Source: an uncultured Planctomycetota bacterium
Lineage (GTDB): Bacteria > Planctomycetota > Planctomycetia > Isosphaerales > Isosphaeraceae
Direction of reading: 5' to 3'
DNA length: 64,000 bases
Assembly: GCA_963823665.1 (NCBI GenBank)
Contig: CAWGMQ010000003.1
Span: 1,248,001 to 1,312,000 of the forward strand
Below are positions 1 to 11,072 of the stretch, piece after piece. The notes beneath the pieces were generated by a model. It made no database searches, was not told where the DNA came from, and worked only from the letters and a program-made list of their open reading frames with translations. Made by a program: the position numbers and the translations under genes. Position 1 is the first letter of the stretch. Each line of letters starts with the position of its first letter.

Positions 1-364
1 CATCCTCGAGCCGCGCTCGACGTTCGAGGCGCTCATCTTCATGTCCCACGGTGTTACGGTTCCGCCAGAACATCTCGAACAGGGTCTGGTCCGCCAGACC
101 GAGCTACCCGACGGCCAGCTCTTCGATTGGTCCGAGCTCACCCGCGGAGTCTTCCAGGTGCAGCACGTCAGGCAACATCATCGCCCCGAGCATGCATACG
201 TGGCTGTGTGGTATCGAGACTGCTGGTTCTACATCGACGATCGCGACCACAACAGCAAGATGGCCTTCAACCAGGTCTACCACCTCTCGCGGCTCGACCT
301 CGCAATCCCCGGCGCCCGGCTGGAGCGAACGCGACCCGTGTTGACCCTCCCCCTCGGCCGCTGA
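1..364 (+). CDS. Hypothetical protein, C-terminal part (runs off the window start)
   Basis: Frame is open from the window edge. Ends AYVAVWYRDCWFYIDDRD...PVLTLPLGR, a C-terminus I associate with uncharacterised planctomycete/proteobacterial proteins. Confidence 0.6.
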   Translation, partial: ILEPRSTFEALIFMSHGVTVPPEHLEQGLVRQTELPDGQLFDWSELTRGVFQVQHVRQHHRPEHAYVAVWYRDCWFYIDDRDHNSKMAFNQVYHLSRLDLAIPGARLERTRPVLTLPLGR

Positions 365-794
365 CCGTCACGCCGGCAACGCCACGCCCGTACGTTGACG
401 GGCTGCGAGGCGCGGGTCTCCCCGACTCCACCCCTGACCAGACGGAAGTCGTCACTCTACCCACTCCGGCACTCGATGCGAGCCCGCTCGTAACAGCCGC
501 GCCCGCGACCTCCGAAGCTTTTCGGACCTCCCAGGAACAACCGACATCAAAAAGCACGTTGGCCAATTGCAGCGAAGGCCGCAACTGATTAAGCTCATTG
601 ATGAAGCTGTGAACGATGGCATGCACCGCTGACCTCGGCGTTTTCCGAGCGCTTGGAACGTTCACCACCGACCGAGCCAGAATCTCCACTGTAGGAGATA
701 GTTCAACGATCCACGTATGGCGGCAAGGTCGGGCCGAGCAACGTCCATCCAGAATCGATGATGATAAACACTCGCGCGTAGTGAAGCCTCCCGC

Positions 795-3700
795 GTGGTC
801 GTCTCCGCGGCGGAGGCCAGCAGTAAAGGAAGCTTTGAGCCGGGCACCAGAGGATTGCGTGAAAACGGCGGACAGACGTCGTTCTCCCGGCTCTCCGCAT
901 ATGTCGCGTGCTCGTCATCCGCTGGCGATTTGAACCCGGTCGTTGCGGATCTGGTCGAGCAGATGACGCAAGCCCTTCAGGATGGGAAGCCGGTCGACGT
1001 CGACGCGGTGGCCGCGCAGTACCCGGACCACGCCCAGACGATCCGCCGCCTCTTCCCGGCACTTCGCCAGCTCGCCGGCCTGCGGAACGTCGGGAGCTCG
1101 GGCAAGCCCATCGCTCTACCTCCCGCCCGGCACTCGATCCAGGCCGGACGACGGCTGGGTGACTTCCAGTTGATTGGGGAGCTGGGCCGAGGAGGGATGG
1201 GGGTTGTCTTCGAGGCGGTCCAGGAATCACTCGGGCGACGGGTCGCGCTCAAGATCCTCCCGACCGCTGCGACCCTCGACTCACGGGCGAGGCAGCGGTT
1301 CCAGATCGAAGCACAGGCCGCGGCGTGCCTCCAGCACCCGAACATCGTGCCGGTCTACGCCGTCGACTTGGCCGACGACATCCCGTACTACGCGATGCAG
1401 CTCGTCGAGGGAATGAGCCTGGCCGAACTGATCGTGAACCTCCTCCGGCTTGCCGGGTCAGACGCTCAAGAGGAGCCGGTTGAGATCGCTGACGGATCGA
1501 TTGACCCGCTGCTATCCCGCCTCCTGTTTGATCGGTTCGATCCCACTGGGGAGGCGGTCAGGAGCCATTCAGCCGAGTCCTCGCAGCGAGACGGCCGGGG
1601 GAAACCGGCCGCGCCCGCCCCGCCGCTGGCGGGCTGGCTGTCCGGCGTCACCGTGGTGCGTTCGGTCCGTTCTTCGCCCTACTTCCGGTCAGTGGCGCGG
1701 TTGGGAGTCCAGGCCGCTCTGGCGCTCGAGTACGCCCACGGCCAGGGGATCGTGCATCGCGACGTCAAGCCGGCAAACCTGCTCATCGACCGCCGCGGGT
1801 GCCTCTGGGTCACCGACTTTGGCCTGGCAAGACTGCCGGCTGAGAGCGGGTTGACGCGTACCGGGGAGCTAGTCGGTACGGATCGCTATATGAGCCCCGA
1901 GCAGGCCGCCGGAAACCAGGCCCTGATCGATCGCCGCACCGACATTTACTCGCTGGGGGCAACGCTGTACGAGCTGCTCACCCTTCAGCCGGCTTACGGA
2001 GCACGAAACCCACACCAGATTCTCCGCCAGATCGCCGAGGCCGACCCTGTCCCGATCCGGACTATCAATCCGGCGGTGCCGACCGATCTGGTAACGGTCG
2101 TGGCCAAGGCGATGGCCAGGGACCCGTCGGCCCGTTATCTCACGGCCCAGCATCTGGCCGACGATCTCAACCGATTCCTCGAAGGCCGGCCGGTCGCGGC
2201 GCGGCCGACTCCGTCCTGGGTGCGAGCGATGAAGTCGGCGCGGCGCCGGCCGGTGCTCACGGCGCTGTTGCTGCTCGTCCAGCTTCTCGTTTCGGCGCTC
2301 GTCGTGCTGGGTGTCTGGTCCTACAGACGAATCAGCCGCGAGGCCGACGCGGTCCGGCGATTCGCCAGCTCGGAGTCGCTTGCCCGCGTCACATCGCAAC
2401 GCACCTCGGCCGCGCTGGCGCTCGACCGCGGCATCGCGCTGGCCGAGCGCCAGCAGATCGGCCGCGGACTGCTCTGGATGCTTCGGAGCATGGAATCGGC
2501 CCCGGTGGAGGCTGGCGATCTCCGGCGCGTCGCCGCGGCCAACCTCGTCTCGTGGGGCGAGCGAGCGTCCTTGCCGTGCGCGATCCTGCCATGCACGGCA
2601 CCGATCTCGGCGCTGGCTTTGAGCCCCGATGGCCGGACCGTCGCCACCGGCGACGACGACGGAATCCTCACGCTCTGGGATGCGGACTCCGGTCATCGGA
2701 TCGACTCGGCCCGCGCGCCGGATGCCCGGTTCGCCGGGATCGAGTTCCACCCGGGCGGCAGCCTGCTGGCGACATCGGGCTCAAGCGGAATCGCACGCCT
2801 CTGGGACGTGCGGCCTCTGCGCCCTCGGGGCGACCCCATGCCCCTGACCACCAGGGTCGTCAATCGCATCGGCTTCGATCCGCTGGGCCGCTCATTCCTG
2901 ACCGCGAGCTTCGATGGAATCGTTTACTTTCGCGACGTGCAGACAGGTCGTCCGTTCGGCCCACGCCTGGATACGCACGACAGGACATCGAATACTCTTC
3001 TGGGCGCGACGTTCCGCCCCGACGGTGCCCGGATCCTCACCTATGGCCGCGACGGCCGCGCGCAACTCTGGGACACGGCTACCGGCCAGCGGCTCTTCGA
3101 CCCGCTCGTCCACGACGGCGGTGTGGTGTCCGCGAGTTTCCGGCCGGACGGCAGACGGATCGCGACAGCACGCGACAATGGGACGGAGGGGCGTGTCACC
3201 GTCTGGGAAGCCGACACCGGCCGGGTCGTCGCCCAGTCGGAGCGGTTGCCAGGTGGCTTGTTCGCGGTCGCCTTTCACCCTGACGGGCGAGTGATCGCCG
3301 CCGGAGGCCGCGACGGAGGCGTTCGTCTGCTCGATGCCGAGACCGGCCAGGCTCGCGGCTGGCCCATGACCGAAGGCGGAGTCGTCAATCGCTTCGCGTT
3401 CAGTCCCGACGGCCGGCTTCTGGCCACCGGCAGCGTCGACGGCACGGTCTGGTTCTTCGACGCGTGGACTGGCCGCCCTCTCGGGGCGACCCCTGACCAC
3501 GGCGGCGAGATCTCCGGCCTGAGCTTCCGCGCCGACGGCCGGAGGCTCTTTACCGCCAGCCGCGACGGCTCGGCGCGGGTGTGGGACCTCACGCCGATCA
3601 CCGATCCCGGTCGAGGCATCCCCTTGGCATCCAACGCCCAGACGGCGGACCAGAGCCCCGACGGCCGGTTGCTGGCCACCGACGGCATCGACGGCGCGGC

Positions 3701-4895
3701 ACGCGTCTTCGAGACCGCGACGGGCCGCCCTTTCCTCCCGCCGCTGGTGCACGCCAACGGGTTCGTGCGGTTCGCCCGATTCAGCCCCGACGGCCGCCTG
3801 CTGGCGACCGGCGGCGACGACTCGATGGTCCGGATCTGGAACGTCGCCACCGGCGCACCGGCCGGTCCCCCTTTACCACAGCCCTCCTGGTCGCGCAACG
3901 CTCGATTCAGCCCCGACGGGCGCCGGCTCCTGATCGGCCACACCGGCGGCACTGCCGCCCTCTGGGACCTCGCAACCTTTCGCCGCATTGGCCCGCTGCT
4001 CAAGCATCCCGTGTTGGCCGGTCACGAGATCGGCCACCTGGCGTTCGACCAGGCGGGCCGGATCGCCATCACTGGCTCTATGGTCACCGACAGATCCGAG
4101 GCCACTGTGGGATTCTGGGATGCGGTGACCGGAGGGCCGCTCGCCCCGTTCGTACGCTTCAACCAGGGAGTCGCCCGAATGATTGTCGGCCCCGAGCCGC
4201 TCGGGCCGCTCTACGTCGTCGAAGGCGGCCGCATGCACATGCTCGACCTCGGCTCGTTCCGCGAGACGCGCGCCCCGCTCGGTGACCGCATCGAGGCCAT
4301 CGCGCTGCACCCCGCGGGTAAAACCCTGCTCGCCGGCGGATCGGACAAGACCGCCCGTCTCCTCGACCTCGGCTCAGGCCAGCCGATCGGCCCGATCCTC
4401 GAACACGACGAGCCGGTCCGCGGAGTTGCAATCGCCCCCGACGGCAGGACGCTCCTCACTCTGGCGGGCGAGCGGCTCCGGTTCTGGGACGCCGCAACCG
4501 GCAAACGGCTCGGGCCGCCCCGCCTGCACCGCAACCACGTGCGCACCGACCGGCTCGACGACTGCCCCCCCGTCTTCTTCTGCCCCGACGGCCAGACCGC
4601 AGTCAGCGTGGGCGGGTCCGTCGTCTTCTGGGACGTTCCAGGAAACGACCCCATCGTCACGCCCGATCCGCCGCGCCTCGCCCGCTCGATCCGCGCCTTG
4701 ACCGGAATGGAATTGAGCGACGCGGGCGATGTTCGCATGCTCGATGTCTCGGACTGGCAACGGCGGATCGCCGATTCGGCGCCTGCGGCGTGGACCAGGC
4801 CGGCCCTTCCCCCGAAGATTGGCACGACCGGCTCGCTTCCGAAGCCGAGCGCTCCGCGCATTGGTTCGCGGCGCTCTGGCACCTTGACCGCCTGA
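795..4895 (+). CDS. Hanks-type Ser/Thr protein kinase with TM helix and WD40 repeats (N-terminal part; continues into the TPR ORF across a frameshift near 4800)
   Basis: Kinase motifs LGRGGMGVV, VALK, HRDVKPAN, DFGLA, YMSPEQ; TM segment ALLLLVQLLVSALVVLGVW; many (F)SPDG...W-D repeats. The true start may be ATG 901 with a 1-nt indel. Confidence 0.93.
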   Translation: MVVSAAEASSKGSFEPGTRGLRENGGQTSFSRLSAYVACSSSAGDLNPVVADLVEQMTQALQDGKPVDVDAVAAQYPDHAQTIRRLFPALRQLAGLRNVGSSGKPIALPPARHSIQAGRRLGDFQLIGELGRGGMGVVFEAVQESLGRRVALKILPTAATLDSRARQRFQIEAQAAACLQHPNIVPVYAVDLADDIPYYAMQLVEGMSLAELIVNLLRLAGSDAQEEPVEIADGSIDPLLSRLLFDRFDPTGEAVRSHSAESSQRDGRGKPAAPAPPLAGWLSGVTVVRSVRSSPYFRSVARLGVQAALALEYAHGQGIVHRDVKPANLLIDRRGCLWVTDFGLARLPAESGLTRTGELVGTDRYMSPEQAAGNQALIDRRTDIYSLGATLYELLTLQPAYGARNPHQILRQIAEADPVPIRTINPAVPTDLVTVVAKAMARDPSARYLTAQHLADDLNRFLEGRPVAARPTPSWVRAMKSARRRPVLTALLLLVQLLVSALVVLGVWSYRRISREADAVRRFASSESLARVTSQRTSAALALDRGIALAERQQIGRGLLWMLRSMESAPVEAGDLRRVAAANLVSWGERASLPCAILPCTAPISALALSPDGRTVATGDDDGILTLWDADSGHRIDSARAPDARFAGIEFHPGGSLLATSGSSGIARLWDVRPLRPRGDPMPLTTRVVNRIGFDPLGRSFLTASFDGIVYFRDVQTGRPFGPRLDTHDRTSNTLLGATFRPDGARILTYGRDGRAQLWDTATGQRLFDPLVHDGGVVSASFRPDGRRIATARDNGTEGRVTVWEADTGRVVAQSERLPGGLFAVAFHPDGRVIAAGGRDGGVRLLDAETGQARGWPMTEGGVVNRFAFSPDGRLLATGSVDGTVWFFDAWTGRPLGATPDHGGEISGLSFRADGRRLFTASRDGSARVWDLTPITDPGRGIPLASNAQTADQSPDGRLLATDGIDGAARVFETATGRPFLPPLVHANGFVRFARFSPDGRLLATGGDDSMVRIWNVATGAPAGPPLPQPSWSRNARFSPDGRRLLIGHTGGTAALWDLATFRRIGPLLKHPVLAGHEIGHLAFDQAGRIAITGSMVTDRSEATVGFWDAVTGGPLAPFVRFNQGVARMIVGPEPLGPLYVVEGGRMHMLDLGSFRETRAPLGDRIEAIALHPAGKTLLAGGSDKTARLLDLGSGQPIGPILEHDEPVRGVAIAPDGRTLLTLAGERLRFWDAATGKRLGPPRLHRNHVRTDRLDDCPPVFFCPDGQTAVSVGGSVVFWDVPGNDPIVTPDPPRLARSIRALTGMELSDAGDVRMLDVSDWQRRIADSAPAAWTRPALPPKIGTTGSLPKPSAPRIGSRRSGTLTA

Positions 4896-5809
4896 TCGCG
4901 CGCCGCCCAGGCGATTGGTCCGCCCACGCCCGCCGGTCCCGCGCCCGACGCCAGGCCGGTGATGAAGCTGGCGCCCAAGCCGACCTCGCCCACGCCCGGG
5001 AGCTCGACGCCCTCGGTCAGTTGCAGGCTTGGGAGGCCCACGAGGACTTCGATCGCGCCACACACGCGATGGCTCGCGGCCATTGGCAAACCGCCCGCAC
5101 CCACCTCCGCCCGCTCGCTCAAACGACGGGCGAGCACCCCTCACTGCTCTGGCGGCTCGCCGAGGCCGACGTTCGTATGGAGCGCTTTGGCGATGCCGAG
5201 GTCGAGCTGGCTGCTGCCATCAACTCCCTTGGCAACGCGAGCCTCGATTCGATGTTCTACCGGAATCTCCCCGGCTGGCTCGCCGCGCTTCGCCTGCACA
5301 ACGGCCACCACGACCTCTATCGCGACGACTGCCGGAAGCTGCTCGAATGCGCCAGCGCTAGACCGGACCCGCTGATTGGCTTCTTCGTCGTCTGGCACTG
5401 CTGCGCTGGCCCCGATGCCGTCGACAACCCGATGGTCCCCGTCCGGGTCGCCGAAGCTGCGCTGGTTGCCGCCAAGGGTAGTTTCAGGCGAATGATTCTG
5501 GCCGGATCCGGGGCGGCTCTTTACCGCGCTGGTCGTCATGAGCAGGCAATCGCGCGACTCGAAGAGGCCGAACGCGATTGGGACGGCGACCATTCGCCCC
5601 TCGTGGCGTTCCTGGCCATGGCCAATCAGGCCCACGGCCGCCCGGCCGAGGCCCGGCGCTGGCTCGACCGGCTCCGCAACCGCACTCCCATCACAGCGGC
5701 CGACTGGAACGTCCCCTGGGACGAGCTCGAAGTCAGAAACCTCCAGCAAGAGGCTGAAGCCGTCGTGCTGCTCGACCCGGTCTTTCCCGCCGACCCGTTC
5801 AAGCAGTGA
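4790..5809 (+). CDS. TPR-repeat C-terminal part of the kinase-WD40 protein
   Basis: Helical TPR-like repeats (GAALYRAGRHEQAIARLEEA) and terminus LDPVFPADPF, typical of planctomycete kinase-WD40-TPR proteins. Overlaps the previous ORF in another frame. Confidence 0.8.
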   Translation: MDQAGPSPEDWHDRLASEAERSAHWFAALWHLDRLIARRPGDWSAHARRSRARRQAGDEAGAQADLAHARELDALGQLQAWEAHEDFDRATHAMARGHWQTARTHLRPLAQTTGEHPSLLWRLAEADVRMERFGDAEVELAAAINSLGNASLDSMFYRNLPGWLAALRLHNGHHDLYRDDCRKLLECASARPDPLIGFFVVWHCCAGPDAVDNPMVPVRVAEAALVAAKGSFRRMILAGSGAALYRAGRHEQAIARLEEAERDWDGDHSPLVAFLAMANQAHGRPAEARRWLDRLRNRTPITAADWNVPWDELEVRNLQQEAEAVVLLDPVFPADPFKQ

Positions 5810-5815
5810 AAGAAC

Positions 5816-6430
5816 TCACGGATCAGGCTCCAGAAGCCCGCGCAGGCGAAGCACGCTGCGCAACAAGCGCGACTTCACGGCCCCCTCGCTGATCCCCAGC
5901 GCCAGAGCGATCGACGCCGTGCTCAGTTGCTCGAGATGCCGCATCACCAGGATTTCCCGGTCCTTTGCCTTGAGTGAAGCGATCGCCTCCATGATCTGCT
6001 CGTTTCGCTCTTTGCGGGCCAGCCGATCGCTGGGACTCGTGTCATCGGCGAACACCCGGCGGACCAGCTCGACCGCTGATCGATCCGGGATTCCCAGCCC
6101 GTCCCTCTCGCGCAGAATGCTGCGGCGCTGCGCCGAGACGTGTCGCCGGTGCGTATCGATGATCCGCTCGCTCGCGAGCTGGCGCAGCCAGGCGAAGTAG
6201 GGCAGCGGGCGTTCGAGCAGATACTTGTCCAGCCGACCCGCTGCGTCGACCAGCGTCTCCTGCACGACATCCGAGGCGTCGACCCGGCCAGCAATCCTTG
6301 GGTCCAATCGAGCCGCGACCATACGGCGCAGCTCATCACGGTAGAGTTGTAAGAGAACCTCGCGGGCCTTCTCGTCTCCCTGCGTCGCGCGATCGAGAAG
6401 ACCCTGAATTATCGACTCCGGTTCCGGCAT
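5816..6430 (-). CDS. ECF sigma-70 factor (planctomycete kinase-associated type)
   Basis: Region 2 RVDASDVVQET...AWLRQLA; region 4 DREILVMRHLEQLSTASIALALGISEGAVKSRLLR. Confidence 0.92.
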   Translation of the reverse strand: MPEPESIIQGLLDRATQGDEKAREVLLQLYRDELRRMVAARLDPRIAGRVDASDVVQETLVDAAGRLDKYLLERPLPYFAWLRQLASERIIDTHRRHVSAQRRSILRERDGLGIPDRSAVELVRRVFADDTSPSDRLARKERNEQIMEAIASLKAKDREILVMRHLEQLSTASIALALGISEGAVKSRLLRSVLRLRGLLEPDP

Positions 6431-6622
6431 GATCGTCGTCTCGCGGACTCACCCATCCTGCAAGACCTCGCTCCTATCAACCCCGCAAGTACTTGAGAAA
6501 GGTTTCAAATTTCGCCATCGATCATCTCAGCCAATCAGTCAAGTCCTCAAGATCATAATCGGCACAGCCGATACAACCGTTAAATATTGCCAGTGGAAAT
6601 CGGGGTCGGCTGGAGCGACGGA

Positions 6623-8104
6623 ATGGTACGCAAGTGCAGCGTCGGCTTATGGTTAGGTGGCTTGATGCTGCTTCTGGTGGCGCCCTCGGCGTCTGCGCAA
6701 GGGATCATCGTTCCCAGCGCCGGGCCAATTAATAGTGCGATGGCCGGTGCATCAACGGCCGCGCCGACCGACTTTGGAGCCAGCTACTGGAACCCAGCGA
6801 TCCTGAGCGGGCTTGAAGACAACGAGGTCTTGATTGGGTCGGCGCTTAGCCTGCCGAGCATCCACCTGCAAAGCGCGATCGCGGCCGACTCGATCGGCGG
6901 GCTCTTTCCGACAACAAATCGATACGGCGAGGCAAGAAGCAATAGCGGAGTCATGCCAGGGTTGGCCACAGGCTTTTCCTCCCGGATGAGCGACGACTCG
7001 CCCGTGACCTTCGGGCTGGGTGTCTTCGGCCTGGTCGGCGGAGGTGTGAACTTTCCCGGAAGTACCCAGGTGCCGGTTTTGACGCCACAGCTCCCGCCTA
7101 AATACTACGGGTTCGGACCGATTTCCGCCAACGTCGCGCTGCTGTCGATCAACCCGATGGCATCATTGCAGCTTACCGATCGCCTCGCGATCGGCGGCGG
7201 GCCAATCATCACCGCCGGCATGCCGACCTTCAGCCCCGCGTTCTTCGCGCCGGGCCCGAAAAACCTTCTCGGCATCAGTTCGTTTCCCGCGGCCACCAAT
7301 ACCCGCAACGACTGGGGCGCGGGCTTCCAGGTCGGGCTGTTTTACGAGGTCAACGACGACTGGAACCTCGGGTTCTCTTACAAGAGCCCGATCTGGATGG
7401 AAAAATGGGACTACAACGCAGCTACTCCGCGCCTGGTCGGGCGCACGATCGGCGTCCAGGCAGGACTTCCCGAGATCTTCTCGTGGGGGGTCGCGTACAA
7501 GGGCTTTGAGCGCACCCTGATCGACGTCGATCTCCGCTACATCGACTACGCCAACACGCCGCTCTTCGGCACCAAGGTCGTCGACGGCGGCCTCGGCTGG
7601 CAAAGCGTCTTCGCGGTCGCGTTCGGCGTCCAGTACAAGGCAACCGAAAAGCTGTCGCTGTTGGGGGGCTATCTCTATAACACGAATCCTGTCCGCAGCG
7701 AGACAACGCTCTTCAACATTCAGGCCCCCGGGATCATCACCAACACTCTTTCCCTGGGTGCCTCGTACAACATCACCGAAGACATCACGGCTTCGCTCTC
7801 CTGGGTCCACGGCTTCCGCAATTCTTCCGAGGGCTCGATCCTGCAGCTACCGGGATCCTCGGTCCGCCTCGATGCCCAGGTTGATACGCTCTGGATGGGC
7901 TTCAACATCAAATTCGGCCGCAAGAAACGAACCGGTCCGGCCGAAGGTCCGGGCAATTTCGCTCACGACGAACCGATTGCAATCCCACCGAGCAGTTATG
8001 ATCCGGGAATGCCCGTCCCACCCAGCCCCCCCTTCACCGGAGACGGCGGCACGACCGCGAGCGCGGTTTCCGAAGATGCACCGCCGCTGCCGGTCCCCAG
8101 ATAG
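6623..8104 (+). CDS. OmpP1/FadL/TodX-family outer-membrane transport protein with Pro-rich tail
   Basis: Signal peptide, then the FadL-like hatch SAMAGASTAAP...YWNPA, followed by amphipathic beta-strands. Confidence 0.8.
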   Translation: MVRKCSVGLWLGGLMLLLVAPSASAQGIIVPSAGPINSAMAGASTAAPTDFGASYWNPAILSGLEDNEVLIGSALSLPSIHLQSAIAADSIGGLFPTTNRYGEARSNSGVMPGLATGFSSRMSDDSPVTFGLGVFGLVGGGVNFPGSTQVPVLTPQLPPKYYGFGPISANVALLSINPMASLQLTDRLAIGGGPIITAGMPTFSPAFFAPGPKNLLGISSFPAATNTRNDWGAGFQVGLFYEVNDDWNLGFSYKSPIWMEKWDYNAATPRLVGRTIGVQAGLPEIFSWGVAYKGFERTLIDVDLRYIDYANTPLFGTKVVDGGLGWQSVFAVAFGVQYKATEKLSLLGGYLYNTNPVRSETTLFNIQAPGIITNTLSLGASYNITEDITASLSWVHGFRNSSEGSILQLPGSSVRLDAQVDTLWMGFNIKFGRKKRTGPAEGPGNFAHDEPIAIPPSSYDPGMPVPPSPPFTGDGGTTASAVSEDAPPLPVPR

Positions 8105-8110
8105 TGGACG

Positions 8111-9454
8111 CTACTTCGTATTGCGAAGGTAGCGATCCGCGAATTTCATGAAGGCATTCCAGTCGACGGCCGTCACGTCGTGCTTGCCCGGCCGGATATG
8201 GTAGCCGACCGTGCTCATGATGAGCTGGCCGTGCTCGGGCGGCGGCATCGCCGTGGCGGCCAGTCCGTCGGTGCCCAGCAGTTTGTACACAGGCGACGCC
8301 CCGAGCGCTGCCAGGAATTCCCCCTTGGGGTCGGCCCAGAGGTCCTCCGCGGCCGAGCAGACGAGCACCGGTCGAGGCGCGATCAGGGCAATCAGCTCGT
8401 GCTGGTCAACCGGGAGCCGATCTTCGTGGCCGTTGTACTGGCGAAAGTTGGTGCAAAACCAGTGCGGGAAGCTCGTATTGATGCGCAAGACGGTTTCACC
8501 AAAGTTCCGCCGCGAGAGCGCGGCACCGCCGCAGCCTGATTCATTGGAAATCACGATCGCAAACCGAGGGTCGGTGGCTCCCGCCCACAGGGCGGCTTTG
8601 CCCAGCCGCGAGTGGCCCGTGAGCACGACCTGACGCGCGTCGATCTCGGAAACAGTTTCGAGCGCGTCCAGGCACCGCGAGAGCCCCCACGCCCAGGTCG
8701 CGATCGAGCCCCACTCGTTCGCGGCAGGCCGCGTTTGACCCGAGCCGTAGAAAAGGGGATGGACGCCATTCTGAAATCCGTCGTCGAAGTCCGGATCGAT
8801 ATCGCCGTAATACGCCGTGGCAAGCGCGTAGCCGTGCGACAGCACGCGCTCAACCTGCCATCGCGATGCACTCGATCCCCGCGTCGACTCGGCCGGACGG
8901 TGATCGGTCACGCCGTGGTCCGGATTGTTCGGCACCCAGCCTGTCGCCAGCGAGATGCCCGGGTCGCTGTGGATCGTGTGGTTCCCCTGGAAGTTGAGCC
9001 CCAGGAATGCCGGCACGCGGCCCGACGCCACCAGTGCCTTGGGCAGATAGATCAACAGAAAAATCCGCGGGGCGTCGGCCTTATCCAGGAACTCAATCGT
9101 GATCTCGCGCCGGATGGCCGTTCCGCCCAGGGCCTGCTTGTCTTCGGACAGAATGTGAAATGTCGGGCGCACCGGCTGTGGCGGCTGTGGCACCTTCCCG
9201 TAGACCTGGTCCTCGAAGATCCGGATCAGCTCCGGCCGGCGCTTGCTGATCCATTCCTCGCGGGTCGTCACCTTGCTGCCGTCCGCCATGATCAGCGGGT
9301 CTGGAAGCGTGTACGAACCGACTTTTGTTTCGTCGAGATTGATCGGGATCTCCTGGGCGCGGGAAGTCACGGGCACGAACGATGCGCCGAACCAGAGTGC
9401 CGCGATCAAAAACAGTTGCTCCACACTTCGCGGATTGAGTTGATTGGACAGCAT
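8111..9454 (-). CDS. CE15 glucuronoyl esterase-like carbohydrate esterase
   Basis: Catalytic GHSRLGK motif, SNESGCGGAAL, LPVDQHELIALIAPRP, WADP, C-terminal GKHDVT; signal peptide. Confidence 0.88.
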   Translation of the reverse strand: MLSNQLNPRSVEQLFLIAALWFGASFVPVTSRAQEIPINLDETKVGSYTLPDPLIMADGSKVTTREEWISKRRPELIRIFEDQVYGKVPQPPQPVRPTFHILSEDKQALGGTAIRREITIEFLDKADAPRIFLLIYLPKALVASGRVPAFLGLNFQGNHTIHSDPGISLATGWVPNNPDHGVTDHRPAESTRGSSASRWQVERVLSHGYALATAYYGDIDPDFDDGFQNGVHPLFYGSGQTRPAANEWGSIATWAWGLSRCLDALETVSEIDARQVVLTGHSRLGKAALWAGATDPRFAIVISNESGCGGAALSRRNFGETVLRINTSFPHWFCTNFRQYNGHEDRLPVDQHELIALIAPRPVLVCSAAEDLWADPKGEFLAALGASPVYKLLGTDGLAATAMPPPEHGQLIMSTVGYHIRPGKHDVTAVDWNAFMKFADRYLRNTK

Positions 9455-9472
9455 GATCGTTCCGTTTCTCGA

Positions 9473-11072
9473 TTAAGGACGCGGCGAGCCCTCGCCGGAA
9501 AGTCGCTCGGCCATCTGCTTCATCATGGCTTTCTGGGAGATCCCAATCCAGCAGTGTCCCTCGCCTCGGCCAAACTTGATCGAGCCTTCGAAACGCGGCT
9601 CGGCAAGCGACAGGAAGTTATCCAGCAGATGGACGGCGTTGTTCAGAAAATAGTCGTCGGCTTCGCCCACCCAGATGTGCAGCTTGCCCTTGAGCTTGGG
9701 CCCGAGCTCGGCCCAGTTGGCTTCGAGCACCCGGCGCAGGTCGTATTTCTTCCAGTGCTCGGCGGCCTTGGGGTCGATCACCCCGGTTCTGGGGTCCCAC
9801 AGCGGCACGGGAAGACCGCCCTCGCCCCGGGCGCCGTAGGTCGCGTTCCATGCGCCCCACTGTCGCCCTGAGAGCGTCCAGGAATCAGCCCGCCCAAGCA
9901 CGTTCTCGACCTGGCATTCATGCCGCATGGTGAAGCGAACGTCGCCGGTGACATCGCGTGCGCTGGGCCGCTCGAAGCCATGCTGGTTGATGTATGCGTT
10001 GTGATCCTCATAAATGTTGACAAGCTGAAACGAGCGAAAATCGACGCTGTCGGGGCAGAACGACCAGGCGCCGTTGAAATAATCCGGGTAGAACACCTGG
10101 AGTGCCAGGGCCACCCACCCACCGGTCGACCCGCCGTCCAGGAACCGGGCCTGGCCTCGCCCGATGCCGCGGAAGTGCTCTTCGACGTATGGCAATAGCT
10201 CGCGGGTGACCGCCGCACCGAATGGCCCGTGATTGGCCGAGTCAATCTGGTAGGGATCACCCAGCGGACCGGCACCGTCCAAGTGCACGAGGATCATCGC
10301 CGGCGTGTCATCCGCCATCCAGTCGGCCTGGAACGACGATCCAGGGCTCATCATCGCCGCGACGTCGGTGAAACGCGAAGCGTAGCCGCCGATGTGAACC
10401 AGCAGCGGGTACTTCCGCTCGGGCTCCCGGGCGAAGTTGCGCGGCAGGATCACGCCGGCGCGGAGATCGATCGGCCGCCCGTAGAAGCCGGAGAGGAGTC
10501 GTGACGGGATTTTCAAATATTTGATCAAAGCGGAATCGGCAGGAAGCTTCTCGGCCGGGACGGTCCTGGAGAGCTCGAGCCGCACGGGGCCGCCAAGATC
10601 CTTGTCGAGCTGCGACATTGACCACCGGGCTGTAAAGGTCTTCCGGCGCATTCGGGAAGTTGAGATCCGGGTTCCGGTGCAACAGGGCCTGAACGGCGTA
10701 CCGCCCCGGCTTGAGCTCGCCCAGGCTGGCGATCGGAGAGATCGCCGATTTTCCGTCGAGCGTCGCCACTTCGCCGGGCGCCAGACCGACCACGTCCCGC
10801 CCGAGCACAGGTGGCTGAAAGAGTCCCGTTTCTCCAACGGTAAGACGAGGATCGCGCGACCCGGCTTCCCCCAGGACGACCATCACCCGGCCGGAGATCT
10901 TCTGGTCTCCCTGTGTCTGAGCCTTATCTGCCTTCGCCGCCGGAAGAACAACCTCAAATCGCAGCCCATCCGGCGGTGCTGCCGGGAGATCTCCACAGGA
11001 ATGAATCGAGACCGGAACAATCACCACCAGTAACACACATACCTTGCTCAACGGCCGACGGCGACGCGTCAT
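9473..11072 (-). CDS. Secreted alpha/beta-hydrolase (Fes/putative esterase family), frameshift near 10620
   Basis: ORFs 10308-11072 (N-part) and 9473-10837 (C-part) join into one protein; nucleophile elbow GGSTGG, DSANHGP, VGEADDYFL. Confidence 0.8.
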
